A stretch of 64,000 nucleotides of DNA from Planctomycetota bacterium (GTDB taxonomy: Bacteria; Planctomycetota; UBA8108; SXIK01): the NCBI GenBank assembly GCA_965223845.1, contig CBDCXR010000004.1, positions 6,976,001-7,040,000 of the forward strand. The letters run 5' to 3'. Positions 20,142 through 29,710 of this stretch are shown piece after piece; position 1 is the first letter of the stretch, and every line of letters starts with the position of its first letter. Below the pieces are notes generated by a model. The model did no database searches. It was not told the origin of the DNA and saw only the letters and a list, made by a program, of their open reading frames with translations. The translations under genes and the position numbers were made by a program.

Positions 20142-21398
20142 TCACTCCTTCCGGCGAGCGAGGACCGTTCGCTCGTACTCGCGAACGGCGTCGAGCCAAG
20201 CGCGATCGTCCGGAACGCCCCGGCGCTCGCAGTACTCGTCCCAAACGGCTCCGAGCGGCATGGTTTTCATCGTCTCGAGCACGGCGAGGCGCGAAGTGTA
20301 GTCTCCTTCGGCTTCGAATCGGCGCAGCTCTTCGGTCGGCTCGAGAAACGACGCCAGGAGCGCCTTGAGGAGCGCTCGCGCGCCGATGACCCACGCGGCG
20401 ACGCGCTGGATGCTCGCGTCGAAGAAATCGAGACCGATGTGGACTCGATCCAAGAACTCGCCCCGCACGAGCTCTTGTGCGATGGCGTGGAGCTCGTCCG
20501 TGAGCGTGACTACGTGGTCGCTGTCCCATCGGACTCCGCGACTCACGTGAAGAAGAAGCCCGTCGAGCCAGAGGAGCACGGCCGAGAGCTTATCGGAGAT
20601 CACCTCCGTCGGATGAAAGTGCCCCGCGTCGAGACAGAGGAGCTTCCCGCGCGTGATCGCGTAGCCGAGGTAAAACTCGTGGGATCCCGCCACGTAGCTC
20701 TCCGAGCCGAGGCCGAAGAGTTTGCATTCGACGGCATCGACGTTGTGAGCCGGGTCGATGGGCGGTGCGAAGATCTCGTCGAGCGACGCGGCGAGTCGTT
20801 CGCGGGGGGCCTTTCGATCGGCGGGCGTGTCTTTGTACCCGTCGGGGATCCAGACGTTGGTGACGCAGGGAGAGTCCGTCGCCTCGCCCATCGCGGCGCC
20901 GATCCGGCGGCACGCGATGCCGTGATCGATCCAGAAGCGCCGGATCCCCGCGTCCGCGTGCGCGAGCGTGAATCCGTCGACGGCGTGCGCGTGCGCGAAG
21001 AATGTCGGATTGAAATCGAGGCCGAGGCTCTGCGCCCGCGCCCAGTCGATCCAGCGGGCGAAGTGCTCCGGCGCGAGCGCGTCGCGGTCGACCGCGTGCG
21101 GCGCCTCCGCGTAGATCGCGTGCAGGTTCACGCGATGCCGTCCGGGAATGAGCGAGAGCGCGAGCTCGAGATCGTCGCGGAGCTCATCGCCGTTCCGAGC
21201 TCGGCCGGGGTACGCGCCCGTGATCGCGAGTCCGCCACCGAGCTCCGCGTCGGTCCGTTCGAACCCGCGGATATCGTCTCCCTGCCAGCAGTGAAGCGAG
21301 AGCGCGACGCCCGAGAGACGCCCGAGCGCCGCTTCGGCGTCGACGCCGAGCGTCGAGTAGAGCTCACGGGCGGCAGAATAGGTGTGCGGGGAGGCCAT
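20142..21398 (-). CDS. rhaA: L-rhamnose isomerase
   Basis: [58 protein letters not shown] and GLDFFDAS motifs. Alternative start at 21443. Confidence 0.95.
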   Translation of the reverse strand: MASPHTYSAARELYSTLGVDAEAALGRLSGVALSLHCWQGDDIRGFERTDAELGGGLAITGAYPGRARNGDELRDDLELALSLIPGRHRVNLHAIYAEAPHAVDRDALAPEHFARWIDWARAQSLGLDFNPTFFAHAHAVDGFTLAHADAGIRRFWIDHGIACRRIGAAMGEATDSPCVTNVWIPDGYKDTPADRKAPRERLAASLDEIFAPPIDPAHNVDAVECKLFGLGSESYVAGSHEFYLGYAITRGKLLCLDAGHFHPTEVISDKLSAVLLWLDGLLLHVSRGVRWDSDHVVTLTDELHAIAQELVRGEFLDRVHIGLDFFDASIQRVAAWVIGARALLKALLASFLEPTEELRRFEAEGDYTSRLAVLETMKTMPLGAVWDEYCERRGVPDDRAWLDAVREYERTVLARRKE

Positions 21399-21567
21399 CG
21401 ATCGATTCCGAACTGAGGTTTCGGTCAGATTGTCGTGTGCCATCGCTCGAGTCAACCGTTCCGCACGTCTCGGCGGCGTCATCGTGCACGGACTCTTCGC
21501 CCGATCGCATTCCGGTGGTATCGTCGACGAGTCTCGGAACGAGCGCGACGAGGAACTGAACGCGACG

Positions 21568-22086
21568 ATGCGCAATCTCGAAATCAAGTGTCCGCTGCCG
21601 AATCGTGCCGAGACCGAAGCGCGACTGGCGCGTCTCGGCGCGCGCCGGATCTGGGAGCGGCGGCAGAAGGACACGTTCTACACGGCATCACGAAACTGGC
21701 TCAAGCTGCGGGAAGCGGAAGGTGAGCGTGCCGAGTTGATCTCGTACGGTCGAACGGGACCGGCAGACGGAGCTCGAACGAGCGACTACGACGTTCTCTC
21801 GATCGAGGACGCGGCAGCGTGGCATCGCCTGCTCGGCCGCGTCCTCGACGTGGATCTAGTCGTCGCGAAGACAAGAACCCTCTGGCGGTGGGAGGACACG
21901 CGCATCCATCTCGATCGCGTCGACGGACTGGGCGAGTTTCTCGAGCTCGAGACGGTGGTGGGGGACCGCCCGCTCGACCGCGCACGCGCGGAGACGGAGA
22001 CCGTGATCTGCACTCTCGGGCTTGCCCCGGAGACGTTTATCTCCGTCCGCTATCGCGACTTGCTCGCGGGTGACCGCGACCGCTGA
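21568..22086 (+). CDS. CYTH-domain protein (class IV adenylate cyclase-like / triphosphate tunnel metalloenzyme)
   Basis: N-terminal NLEIK (ExExK-type), QKDTFY, LKLRE, RIHLDRV..LG.FLELE. Confidence 0.85.
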   Translation: MRNLEIKCPLPNRAETEARLARLGARRIWERRQKDTFYTASRNWLKLREAEGERAELISYGRTGPADGARTSDYDVLSIEDAAAWHRLLGRVLDVDLVVAKTRTLWRWEDTRIHLDRVDGLGEFLELETVVGDRPLDRARAETETVICTLGLAPETFISVRYRDLLAGDRDR

Positions 22087-22324
22087 CGCGCGCTCGCTCG
22101 TTGGTTCCGCTCCCACCGCGAAATCATACGCACCCGAACGGTAGGCAAACGAAGCGTTCCGGGCGGAATGCGCGACCGACGCGTCGTGCGGCAGAACCGG
22201 CGGAGCACGCGCGCCGACTCTGGTGCGCGTCCTGTTTGGCCCCGGATCGACGAGTGGTACCATAGAGTCCGGTCGGATCGGGTCTCCTTCCGCAGTGTCT
22301 ACTCTGAGCGAACGAGGTGTGGCG

Positions 22325-24157
22325 ATGTCTCGTCTCGGCGAGCGGCGAGCGGCGTGGGTTCTGTCGGCGTTCTTCGCCGTTACGTGCTTACCGGCGGGCG
22401 GTTTTGGCCAGGAGGTTACCCCGGCGTCGCTGCGCGCTCTGCTCGAGCGACGCGTCGGCGATCTCGAGCTCTTGCGAGTTCCCCTCCGGGATGAGGACCT
22501 GCCGCAGCCGCTTCTTGCGGACGGCTCGGGTCTAGATCCTCGCTTCGCGATCACACCGGCGAAGGTACGTCTCGGAAAGTTTCTCTTTCACGATCCGATT
22601 CGGTCTACGGACATCGTGATCGACGACGGCGGCCGCGAGGATTTTCGTCAGTCGGCCTCGTGCGCGTCCTGCCATCTCGCGCCGGCCGCGAGCAAGGCCG
22701 GTCAAGTGTTCAACTTCGGTGTCGGCGGTGAGGGGCGGCTCGAGATGGACGCCTCGGGCGGCATGATCGTCGAGCGCCACCAGGAGCCGACCGCGGTCGA
22801 CGCCGTGCCGACGGGAGTGGTCGTCCGCGACGATGAGGGAAACGTCGTCCTCGACGGCGGGAAGGATGCGGTCGACTCGGTACCGCGTGTCGCCCCGACG
22901 GTGATCGGAGCGGCGTACAACGTGCGCCTTCTCTGGGACGGTGCCGCCGGCGAAGAGAACGAGGGGATCAATCCCGACGAGCTTCCCGCTGCCGAGAGCA
23001 TCGTTCAGCTAGCGTCGATGAATCACCGCATGTTCGTCGATCAGCACCTTCCTCTTCAGGCGCTTCCCGTGTATCGCGAGCTCTTCGCGCGGGCGTTTCC
23101 GGATGAGTTCGCCGAGTTCGAAGCGAGTGGAGATCCGAACGACTACATCAACGCGGATACGATTCAGCGAGCGATCGCCGCGTTCCTTCGGACGGTGATC
23201 ACGCGCGACACGCCGTGGGACCACTTCCTTCGCGGCGATGACTCCGCGATGACTTCCCGACAGCTCCGTGGTGCTTATCTCTTCGCACTGCCGGCCGCCG
23301 AGGGCGGAGCCGATTGTCTCGCCTGCCACAGCGGCCCCGCACTCAACAAGATCGTCGGCGACGAGGCGGGTGTTCTCGTCGAGGAGAACTTCTTCAACCT
23401 CGGGCTAAACGATCATCCGCTTCAAGATCAGGTGCGCGAGGTTCTCGACGATCCGAGCCACCGCGACCGCGGCCGCGAGGCAGTGACCGGTCTCTCCGAA
23501 GACGCGTTCGAGTTTCGCACGACGACGCTGCGTCAGCTCCGCGATGCGGGCCCGTTCATGCACAGCGGCGAGCTCGCCACCGTCCGGGAGGTTGTCGAAT
23601 ACTTCAATGACGGCGTCGCGGCCGATCCGGAGGCCGGATCCGCGGAGAGTTTGAGCTCGCTCTTCACCCATCCCCGTGGCGACGGCGCGCTAGGGCTCGG
23701 CCTGCAGTCGACGCAGATCGACGCCCTCGTCGACTTCCTCGAGAACGCGCTCTACGATCCCGCGTTCGTGAGCGATACGCCGGGCTCGCCGACGAAGCCG
23801 TTCGATCCTTCCGCCCGCGAGCTCGACTACGAGCCGGAGCTCGAGGCGCTCGGGGCGATCGATGGTTGGCTCCCGAGTCGCATGTCGTACGGCAACGATG
23901 ATCCCTTGTCGCGCAGCCAGATGCTCTTCGTGCGCGGCCGCGTCAACGACGACGATTCCGTCGACATCGCCGATGCGATTTACCTCCTCGACTACTTGTT
24001 CGCCGCGCGCGCCGCACCGGTGAACATGTTCGCGGCGGACGTCAACCACGACTTTCGAATCGACCTCGCCGACCCGATCTACCTCTTGAACACGCTCTTC
24101 GGTCGGGGACCGCCGCCGCCGGCGCCGTATCCGGAGCTCGGTCAACTCTTTCTCTAG
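22325..24157 (+). CDS. Di-haem cytochrome c peroxidase/MauG-family protein with C-terminal dockerin-like domain
   Basis: GAGGTG RBS; signal peptide; LGKFLFHDP, CASCH, CLACH, FRTTTLR and PFMHSG motifs; tail FVRGRVNDDDSVDIAD...ADVNHDFRIDLADP. Confidence 0.85.
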   Translation: MSRLGERRAAWVLSAFFAVTCLPAGGFGQEVTPASLRALLERRVGDLELLRVPLRDEDLPQPLLADGSGLDPRFAITPAKVRLGKFLFHDPIRSTDIVIDDGGREDFRQSASCASCHLAPAASKAGQVFNFGVGGEGRLEMDASGGMIVERHQEPTAVDAVPTGVVVRDDEGNVVLDGGKDAVDSVPRVAPTVIGAAYNVRLLWDGAAGEENEGINPDELPAAESIVQLASMNHRMFVDQHLPLQALPVYRELFARAFPDEFAEFEASGDPNDYINADTIQRAIAAFLRTVITRDTPWDHFLRGDDSAMTSRQLRGAYLFALPAAEGGADCLACHSGPALNKIVGDEAGVLVEENFFNLGLNDHPLQDQVREVLDDPSHRDRGREAVTGLSEDAFEFRTTTLRQLRDAGPFMHSGELATVREVVEYFNDGVAADPEAGSAESLSSLFTHPRGDGALGLGLQSTQIDALVDFLENALYDPAFVSDTPGSPTKPFDPSARELDYEPELEALGAIDGWLPSRMSYGNDDPLSRSQMLFVRGRVNDDDSVDIADAIYLLDYLFAARAAPVNMFAADVNHDFRIDLADPIYLLNTLFGRGPPPPAPYPELGQLFL

Positions 24158-24250
24158 GTAGCGATGTCGGGTCTCTCGAATTCGATCTCGACATCGCGAG
24201 CGCCGGTGTCGAGGTTGAATCCCACCGTGTCGTGCGCCATCCTCGTGCGC

Positions 24251-24856
24251 GTGAAGCCACTCCGTTCGACACGCGCGTTTGTCCTCGCCGCGCATTTCCT
24301 ATTCGCGGGACTCGCCGTTCCATCTCGCGCCCACGCTCTCTCGGCGGACGGCGAGATCGACGGCTGCACGTACCGGTTGATGGTCCCCGACTGGATGCCG
24401 CGCGGTGAACCGGTCAGTGTCCTGATCGTCGTTCGGAATACTTCGGAAGAGCTCGCCTCGCTCACCGCGCGCGTCGAGCTTTCGCCGGAGTGGTGGAGCG
24501 AGCCCGAAGACGGCCGCGCTGCGAGGCTCTCCCTCTCGCCCGGCGAAGTGAAGCGCTACGCGTTTCGTGGGATACGGAGCTCGATCGAGGCGCCCGCCGG
24601 GGATCACTTGTTCCGCATCCGCCTCCACGGCGGCGAAAGCGAGACCGAGGTCGAGCACTCCGCGCGCGTGCAGCTCATTCGCGGATCGGCTGTCGAGCGC
24701 GGCTGGTGGTCGATTCTCGTCCCAGCGGCGATCGCGGTGCTCTCGTTGCCGGTCTTTCTGCTCGTGCTTCGGCGGGAAGCGAAGCCCGGTGCTTGGAAGA
24801 GGCCGGTCGATGCCGAGATCGAGGCGGCGGAGGATCGCTGGTGGACGGCGGAGTAA
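24251..24856 (+). CDS. Exported Ig-like protein with C-terminal membrane anchor
   Basis: Signal peptide ending AHA; beta-rich core; C-terminal TM. Start could be 24164. Confidence 0.55.
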   Translation: MKPLRSTRAFVLAAHFLFAGLAVPSRAHALSADGEIDGCTYRLMVPDWMPRGEPVSVLIVVRNTSEELASLTARVELSPEWWSEPEDGRAARLSLSPGEVKRYAFRGIRSSIEAPAGDHLFRIRLHGGESETEVEHSARVQLIRGSAVERGWWSILVPAAIAVLSLPVFLLVLRREAKPGAWKRPVDAEIEAAEDRWWTAE

Positions 24857-26109
24857 GTCCCTGGAGTCTTTCGGGGCGGAGCCCGCGCGGGTCAGCGGTT
24901 CTGCGGATCGGCGCGGCCGCGCTCGTTGCGTCGTTCTACATCGGAACGGCGGACATCGTCATCGCGACGAATATGGGCGCGAGATTTGGCTTCGATCTGT
25001 GGTGGACGTACTTCTTCCTTGGAGTTGCCGGCTGGGCGCTCATGGATATGTCCGTCCGTTATTTTCTTCGCTTCGGTCGCACACCGGTCTCGCTCTTCAA
25101 GGAGCTCCACCCGGTCTTCTCGATCTATCTCTTCCTCACGATCGCAGTGACGACGGTCCTCGGTGCGTACTCGCAGTGGAATGCGTGCGCACACGTACTC
25201 GGGGGGCTCTTCCCGCAGCTGCCGGTCGAGCTCGGCGGCGTCGTCGCCTGCGGCGCTGCGGTCGGGCTCGTCGCGTGGGGCGTCTATCAGCGCATCGAGG
25301 TTCTCTTTGCCGCCGCACTGATCACTCTGATTGCGCTGTTCGCGTTCGCCGCGCTCGCGGCGGATGCGCCGTGGGGCGGAGCCTTGCGCGGTCTCGTTCC
25401 GCGCGGGCCTCCGAGCGAGGGGCGGACGGAGTGGTTCGGGCTCATTCAGAAGAACGCAGGAAGCCTCATCAATGCGTGGCTGATCCTCATCTATCCCTAC
25501 ACGATGATCGAGAAGGGATGGTTTTCGCCCGAGCTGGCCGAAAAAGTGCGCATTCTCCGGCGCGCGCGAATCGACTACGCGATCGGGATCGTCGCCGCCG
25601 GCGTTGTCGCGCTCCCTCTTATGGCGGCCGCCGCTGCCGTCGCGCGCCCGTTCGGGATCGTGCCGTCGAACTACACGGAGTTCGCGGCGCTCCTCGAGCC
25701 GGTCGCAGGAAGCGCTGCGACGCAGGTCTTCCTCGTGGGACTCTTTCTCGCGGCGTGGACGGCCGGCATCGGCTGGATCGTGTGCGGAGCGTACGCGATG
25801 CTCGATCTCGGCAATCTTCCGCTTCGGATGCGTTCGCCCGCGTTTCGCCAGTACCTCGTCCTCTTCGGCGTCGCGTCCTCAGCGATCCTCGCCCTCCGCG
25901 TGAACCCGTTCTACGGGATTCAAATGTTCACGATCTTCCTTTCGATCGTGTTCCCCGTCGTCGCGCTCGTACTCGCGTGGCGCGTGAGTCGACGCGACAT
26001 GGAATACTTCCGCTGGTGGCCGCGGAACGTTCCCGGAGCCGTTCTGCTCCTCCTCGACCTCTTCGCCGTCGGCGTCAGCGTCTACGTGGGTTGGGGGCTG
26101 CTGTTCTGA
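24841..26109 (+). CDS. Divergent NRAMP/MntH-like (APC-fold) transporter
   Basis: GGAGG RBS before GTG 24841; about 11 TMs; 'YIGTAD..T..GA.FG..L.W' resembles NRAMP TM1-2 but lacks DPGN. Confidence 0.65.
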   Translation: MDGGVSPWSLSGRSPRGSAVLRIGAAALVASFYIGTADIVIATNMGARFGFDLWWTYFFLGVAGWALMDMSVRYFLRFGRTPVSLFKELHPVFSIYLFLTIAVTTVLGAYSQWNACAHVLGGLFPQLPVELGGVVACGAAVGLVAWGVYQRIEVLFAAALITLIALFAFAALAADAPWGGALRGLVPRGPPSEGRTEWFGLIQKNAGSLINAWLILIYPYTMIEKGWFSPELAEKVRILRRARIDYAIGIVAAGVVALPLMAAAAAVARPFGIVPSNYTEFAALLEPVAGSAATQVFLVGLFLAAWTAGIGWIVCGAYAMLDLGNLPLRMRSPAFRQYLVLFGVASSAILALRVNPFYGIQMFTIFLSIVFPVVALVLAWRVSRRDMEYFRWWPRNVPGAVLLLLDLFAVGVSVYVGWGLLF

Positions 26110-26125
26110 TCGGCGGATTGGTGCG

Positions 26126-26710
26126 CTACTGGCGCGCTTCGACGTACTCCTTCGCTCTCGCCTCGTAGCCCGCGTTTCTAAGGCCGACGCGGTGCGCCTC
26201 GCCGAGCGCTTCTTCCCAGGGGACTCCGTCATCGAGGACGCGGTGGGCGAGCCACACGGCACCGACACGGTTCGACGACCCGCAATGGAGTAGCGTCCGT
26301 CCGTCGGTCGGAGTCTCGAGGAGCTCACGGACGCGGTCGAAGACGTCGTCCGTGAGTGTGTCGGGGGCACGAAACGGAACCGCGTGATACGCCACTCCGA
26401 TGGACTCGCACTTCGCTTTCTCGTCCCATGCGAGCTCGCCATCCGTCCGGAGCGTGATGACGGAGGTGCAGCCTTCCGCCTTCAAGGCGTCGAGATCGTC
26501 CGCCGAAGGCTGACCGGCGAGGTAGACGTTCCCCGCGAGGTGGAGCGGGCGGATCGTTCCAATCTCGCGCGCGACCGGGGTCCGATCGGACGCGGTCGCT
26601 TCTTCCGGTGCGTCTCGATCCACTCGCGAGCAGCAGCTGGCTACGAATGGCGTGAGACACACCATCATGAACGACGGTGCGAAGAGGGGGCGGCGTCGAT
26701 CTCGATTCAT
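26126..26710 (-). CDS. DUF442 / PTP-like phosphatase or sulfur-transferase domain protein, probable lipoprotein
   Basis: AGQPS, VITLR and active-loop HCGSSNR motifs; N-terminal signal ending VASC. Confidence 0.75.
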   Translation of the reverse strand: MNRDRRRPLFAPSFMMVCLTPFVASCCSRVDRDAPEEATASDRTPVAREIGTIRPLHLAGNVYLAGQPSADDLDALKAEGCTSVITLRTDGELAWDEKAKCESIGVAYHAVPFRAPDTLTDDVFDRVRELLETPTDGRTLLHCGSSNRVGAVWLAHRVLDDGVPWEEALGEAHRVGLRNAGYEARAKEYVEARQ

Positions 26711-26848
26711 GGTGTCTCCGACAGCGGAATGGGAGCGTGGGGAAGCGCGTACGCAGCCAAGACATTACCGATTGACGCTCGTCGATGCGACCGGCCAGTC
26801 CACCCTGTCGGTCCGGCCTTGATCCTCCACGCCGCCCGATGATGCTCG

Positions 26849-29701
26849 CTAGGGGCAGCTCGGGACCGGCAGACAGCTCAGCTCGTCCGCCGTCGGATCC
26901 GAGCCGCAACCCACCGTCGGAGCCGGTGGAGGATCGTTCTCCGCGAAGAGAAAATTGAGGAGGAAGATCGGGTCCGCAATATTGACGCGTCCGTCGTCGT
27001 TGACGTCGGCGGCATCCGCGCACCGCGCCGGCTCGCCTTGCGCGAAGAGCTCGTTCAGCGTCGCGATCGCATCGGCGACGTTTCGGCCGCCGTCGCTGTT
27101 TGCATCGCCGCGCCAGAACCTAGCCTGAGGACAATCCGATTCGAACGCACCGAGGTCCGCCCCGGCACCGCAGGGGCGAGCCACGCCGTCGATGTCTTCT
27201 GCCGGCGCGGTGTCGGGTGTCCCTGCGTCGATTGCGCGCGAGTCTTCACGGAGACGGTAGTCGCCGGGCTCGACAATGAAGTCGGGCATTTCGATGGCCT
27301 CGCCGGCGATCTCTACGACGGTTCGTCTCGTGGCGTCGAATACCCCGCTACGTACGAACCGGATGTCCGGAAGGACGAGTGAGCCCTCGATCGAGCTCGA
27401 TTGCGTCGAACCTTCGATCACCGACCCCGTCCAGTTTCCGTCGACGATGGCACCGATCGCGGTCGAATGAACGAAGGAAGTGCCCGGTGCGAAAACCGTC
27501 CACTCTCGATGCAGGCTGCCGACGACGAGGCAGTTCGTGAACACTGCGCCGTCTCGGGTGGCGACGTCACTCGCGACTCGGCCGGCCTCGCTGGAGTGGA
27601 GAATATCGTTTCCGATGATTCGGCAACGCCGAAACTCGGTCGTTGCCGATCCGGCAGAGAAGACTCCTCCCGACGGGCTCTCGAGCGTGGGAAAGCCGAC
27701 GAAGCGGCGGCCCGTCATGAGATTGCCTTCGACCGTGACGTCGACCACCCTACCGGCCGAATGAACTCCACCGCTGATCCCCGCGCCGCCGATGTCGGCT
27801 CGGTTGTGAACGACGAGGCATCGCGAGATGACGGGATCGTCGAGCGATCCGATGCTGATCCCGCCCGATCGCCCTCGCGTGATGGTCACGTCTTCGAGCG
27901 TCGTTCCACTGCGCAGTCCGAGTGCGCTCCCCACGAGGATCGTACTCCGCCGACCCGCGCCGGAGATGCTGACGCCATGCGCGAGCGTTTTGCTCGCGAG
28001 TGCGTACTCACCCGCCGCGACCGTGATCTGTCGCGTGTCGGTTCCGCGCTCTTCGGCGATGCCGAGGTCGGCTCCCATGTTTGCGCCGTCGAGGCCCGTG
28101 CCGATGCACGGAGATTCTGCCGTGAGCCGGAGATCGAACCCCGTGAGCGCATCTTCGAGCCGGCGGAACGGACGTTCGGGGGTCCCGTCTCCTCCTTCCG
28201 GGGCGTCCGCGTCGACGCTCACGCGATCGCTTGCCCATCCCGCAAAGAGCGGAGGCTCAGCGGTGTTGTTCGCGCCGAAGCTCGCGATCGGATGGCCGTT
28301 GAAGATGCCCGGTGAGACGCAGCTATGGGTCACGGTCGCTCCACCGAGCTCGCTGTAGATCGAAGCACCGCCATTGTCCCAAACGATCGAGCTCACGACG
28401 AAGAGCGGAGCCGAGCGGGTGAGAAACATGCCGCCGCCGTGGTACGCGGCGTTTCCCGCGATCGTCGACCCGACGATGGTGACGGCACCTTGACTCCCGA
28501 TCCCGCCACCCTCGAGTGATCCGTTTCCCGCGAAGACGCAGCCGTGGAGCTCCAATTCCCCCTCGTACTCGAGCGCGGCGCCTCCGCCGCGTACTCCCGC
28601 GCGGTTGTGCAGAAACTGGGTGTCGATGACATCGGCGATCGTCTGATAGTCGACGTGAAGGCCGCCGCCGACACCCGAGACCGAGTTGGCGACGAATTCC
28701 GATTCCTCGATCCTCGCGCGCGCTCTTCGCACGCGAATGCAGAGTCCACCTCCGGTGAGGTTCCCGTGGTTCCGTTCAAAGCGGCAAGCGCGTACGGTGA
28801 CGATCGGCGGCGGCTGATCCGGTCCGACGGCTCCCGACATGCTGAGTACGACGGCGCCTCCCCGATCTCCCGAACGGTTTTCCACGAAGGTCGAGTCATG
28901 GAGCTCGATCCACTCTCCGCGAAAGCGGATCGCGCCGCCGTCGTCGTGGGCGACGTTTCGGCTCATCGTCACGCCTTCGACCCTGAGCTGGGACAGCTCG
29001 ACGCCACCGATGCCCCCGCCATCGCCGGCGATGTTGTCATCGAAGCTCCCGTCGATCACCGTGACTCGACTGTCGTGACCGACGTAGAGGCCACCGCCGA
29101 TCGACGTATCTTTGCAGCAACCGCCGGGATTGAACTGAGCTCGATTGCGCGCGAACACGTTGTTGACGAATCGAGGTTGCGACTCGCGGGCGCAGTAGGC
29201 GCCGGCACCGAGGGCGCTTTCGTTCTCGACGATGTGGTTCCCTTCGATAAGAGGCGCCGCGATCGATCCACAGAAGATTCCACCGCCGAATCGTGCCGGG
29301 ACGTTTTGGAAGCTTCCTCCGATTCCCTTTCCGCCGGTCAGGGTGAACCCCCGGAGCGTCGCCTGCGGAGGTTCCGCCGCGTCGAAGACGATGACGCTCG
29401 CGTCGGACGGATCGGTCGGCTCCGCCATCGCTAGGACGGTCTCCGCCGGTCCGGACTCACTCTCGAGAACGACGCCCTTCCCGAGAAAGCGGATGGGCCG
29501 ACTGATCTCGTAACGTCCGGCGGCGACGAGGATGCGGTCGCCATCTTCAGCCGCATCGATCGCTTCGTGGATCGTACGGTGGTCGGCCGGAACGCGGCGG
29601 TCGACCGCCAGGGCGGACGAGGTCGCGATGCCGACGAGTAGCAGGGCCAAGGAGACTACGCGGAGCACCGGAAGTCGCTTGATCGAGCGAGGGGAATCCA
29701 T
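26849..29701 (-). CDS. Secreted right-handed beta-helix protein with C-terminal dockerin-like domain (paralogue A)
   Basis: Signal peptide; VPADH.TI..AI..A.DGD cap; repeated F..N.A..GGA (Pmp-like) motifs; FWRGDANSDG tail. Confidence 0.85.
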   Translation of the reverse strand: MDSPRSIKRLPVLRVVSLALLLVGIATSSALAVDRRVPADHRTIHEAIDAAEDGDRILVAAGRYEISRPIRFLGKGVVLESESGPAETVLAMAEPTDPSDASVIVFDAAEPPQATLRGFTLTGGKGIGGSFQNVPARFGGGIFCGSIAAPLIEGNHIVENESALGAGAYCARESQPRFVNNVFARNRAQFNPGGCCKDTSIGGGLYVGHDSRVTVIDGSFDDNIAGDGGGIGGVELSQLRVEGVTMSRNVAHDDGGAIRFRGEWIELHDSTFVENRSGDRGGAVVLSMSGAVGPDQPPPIVTVRACRFERNHGNLTGGGLCIRVRRARARIEESEFVANSVSGVGGGLHVDYQTIADVIDTQFLHNRAGVRGGGAALEYEGELELHGCVFAGNGSLEGGGIGSQGAVTIVGSTIAGNAAYHGGGMFLTRSAPLFVVSSIVWDNGGASIYSELGGATVTHSCVSPGIFNGHPIASFGANNTAEPPLFAGWASDRVSVDADAPEGGDGTPERPFRRLEDALTGFDLRLTAESPCIGTGLDGANMGADLGIAEERGTDTRQITVAAGEYALASKTLAHGVSISGAGRRSTILVGSALGLRSGTTLEDVTITRGRSGGISIGSLDDPVISRCLVVHNRADIGGAGISGGVHSAGRVVDVTVEGNLMTGRRFVGFPTLESPSGGVFSAGSATTEFRRCRIIGNDILHSSEAGRVASDVATRDGAVFTNCLVVGSLHREWTVFAPGTSFVHSTAIGAIVDGNWTGSVIEGSTQSSSIEGSLVLPDIRFVRSGVFDATRRTVVEIAGEAIEMPDFIVEPGDYRLREDSRAIDAGTPDTAPAEDIDGVARPCGAGADLGAFESDCPQARFWRGDANSDGGRNVADAIATLNELFAQGEPARCADAADVNDDGRVNIADPIFLLNFLFAENDPPPAPTVGCGSDPTADELSCLPVPSCP

Positions 29702-29710
29702 GGTCTTAAC

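Noticed and set aside
20052-20144. rhaA UGA is in frame with the sulfatase with no intervening stop; inverted repeat CGACGCGAC/GTCGCGTCG follows
   Set aside because: RhaA is complete at its normal C-terminus and the sulfatase has its own signal peptide. Short open spacers are common at this GC content.
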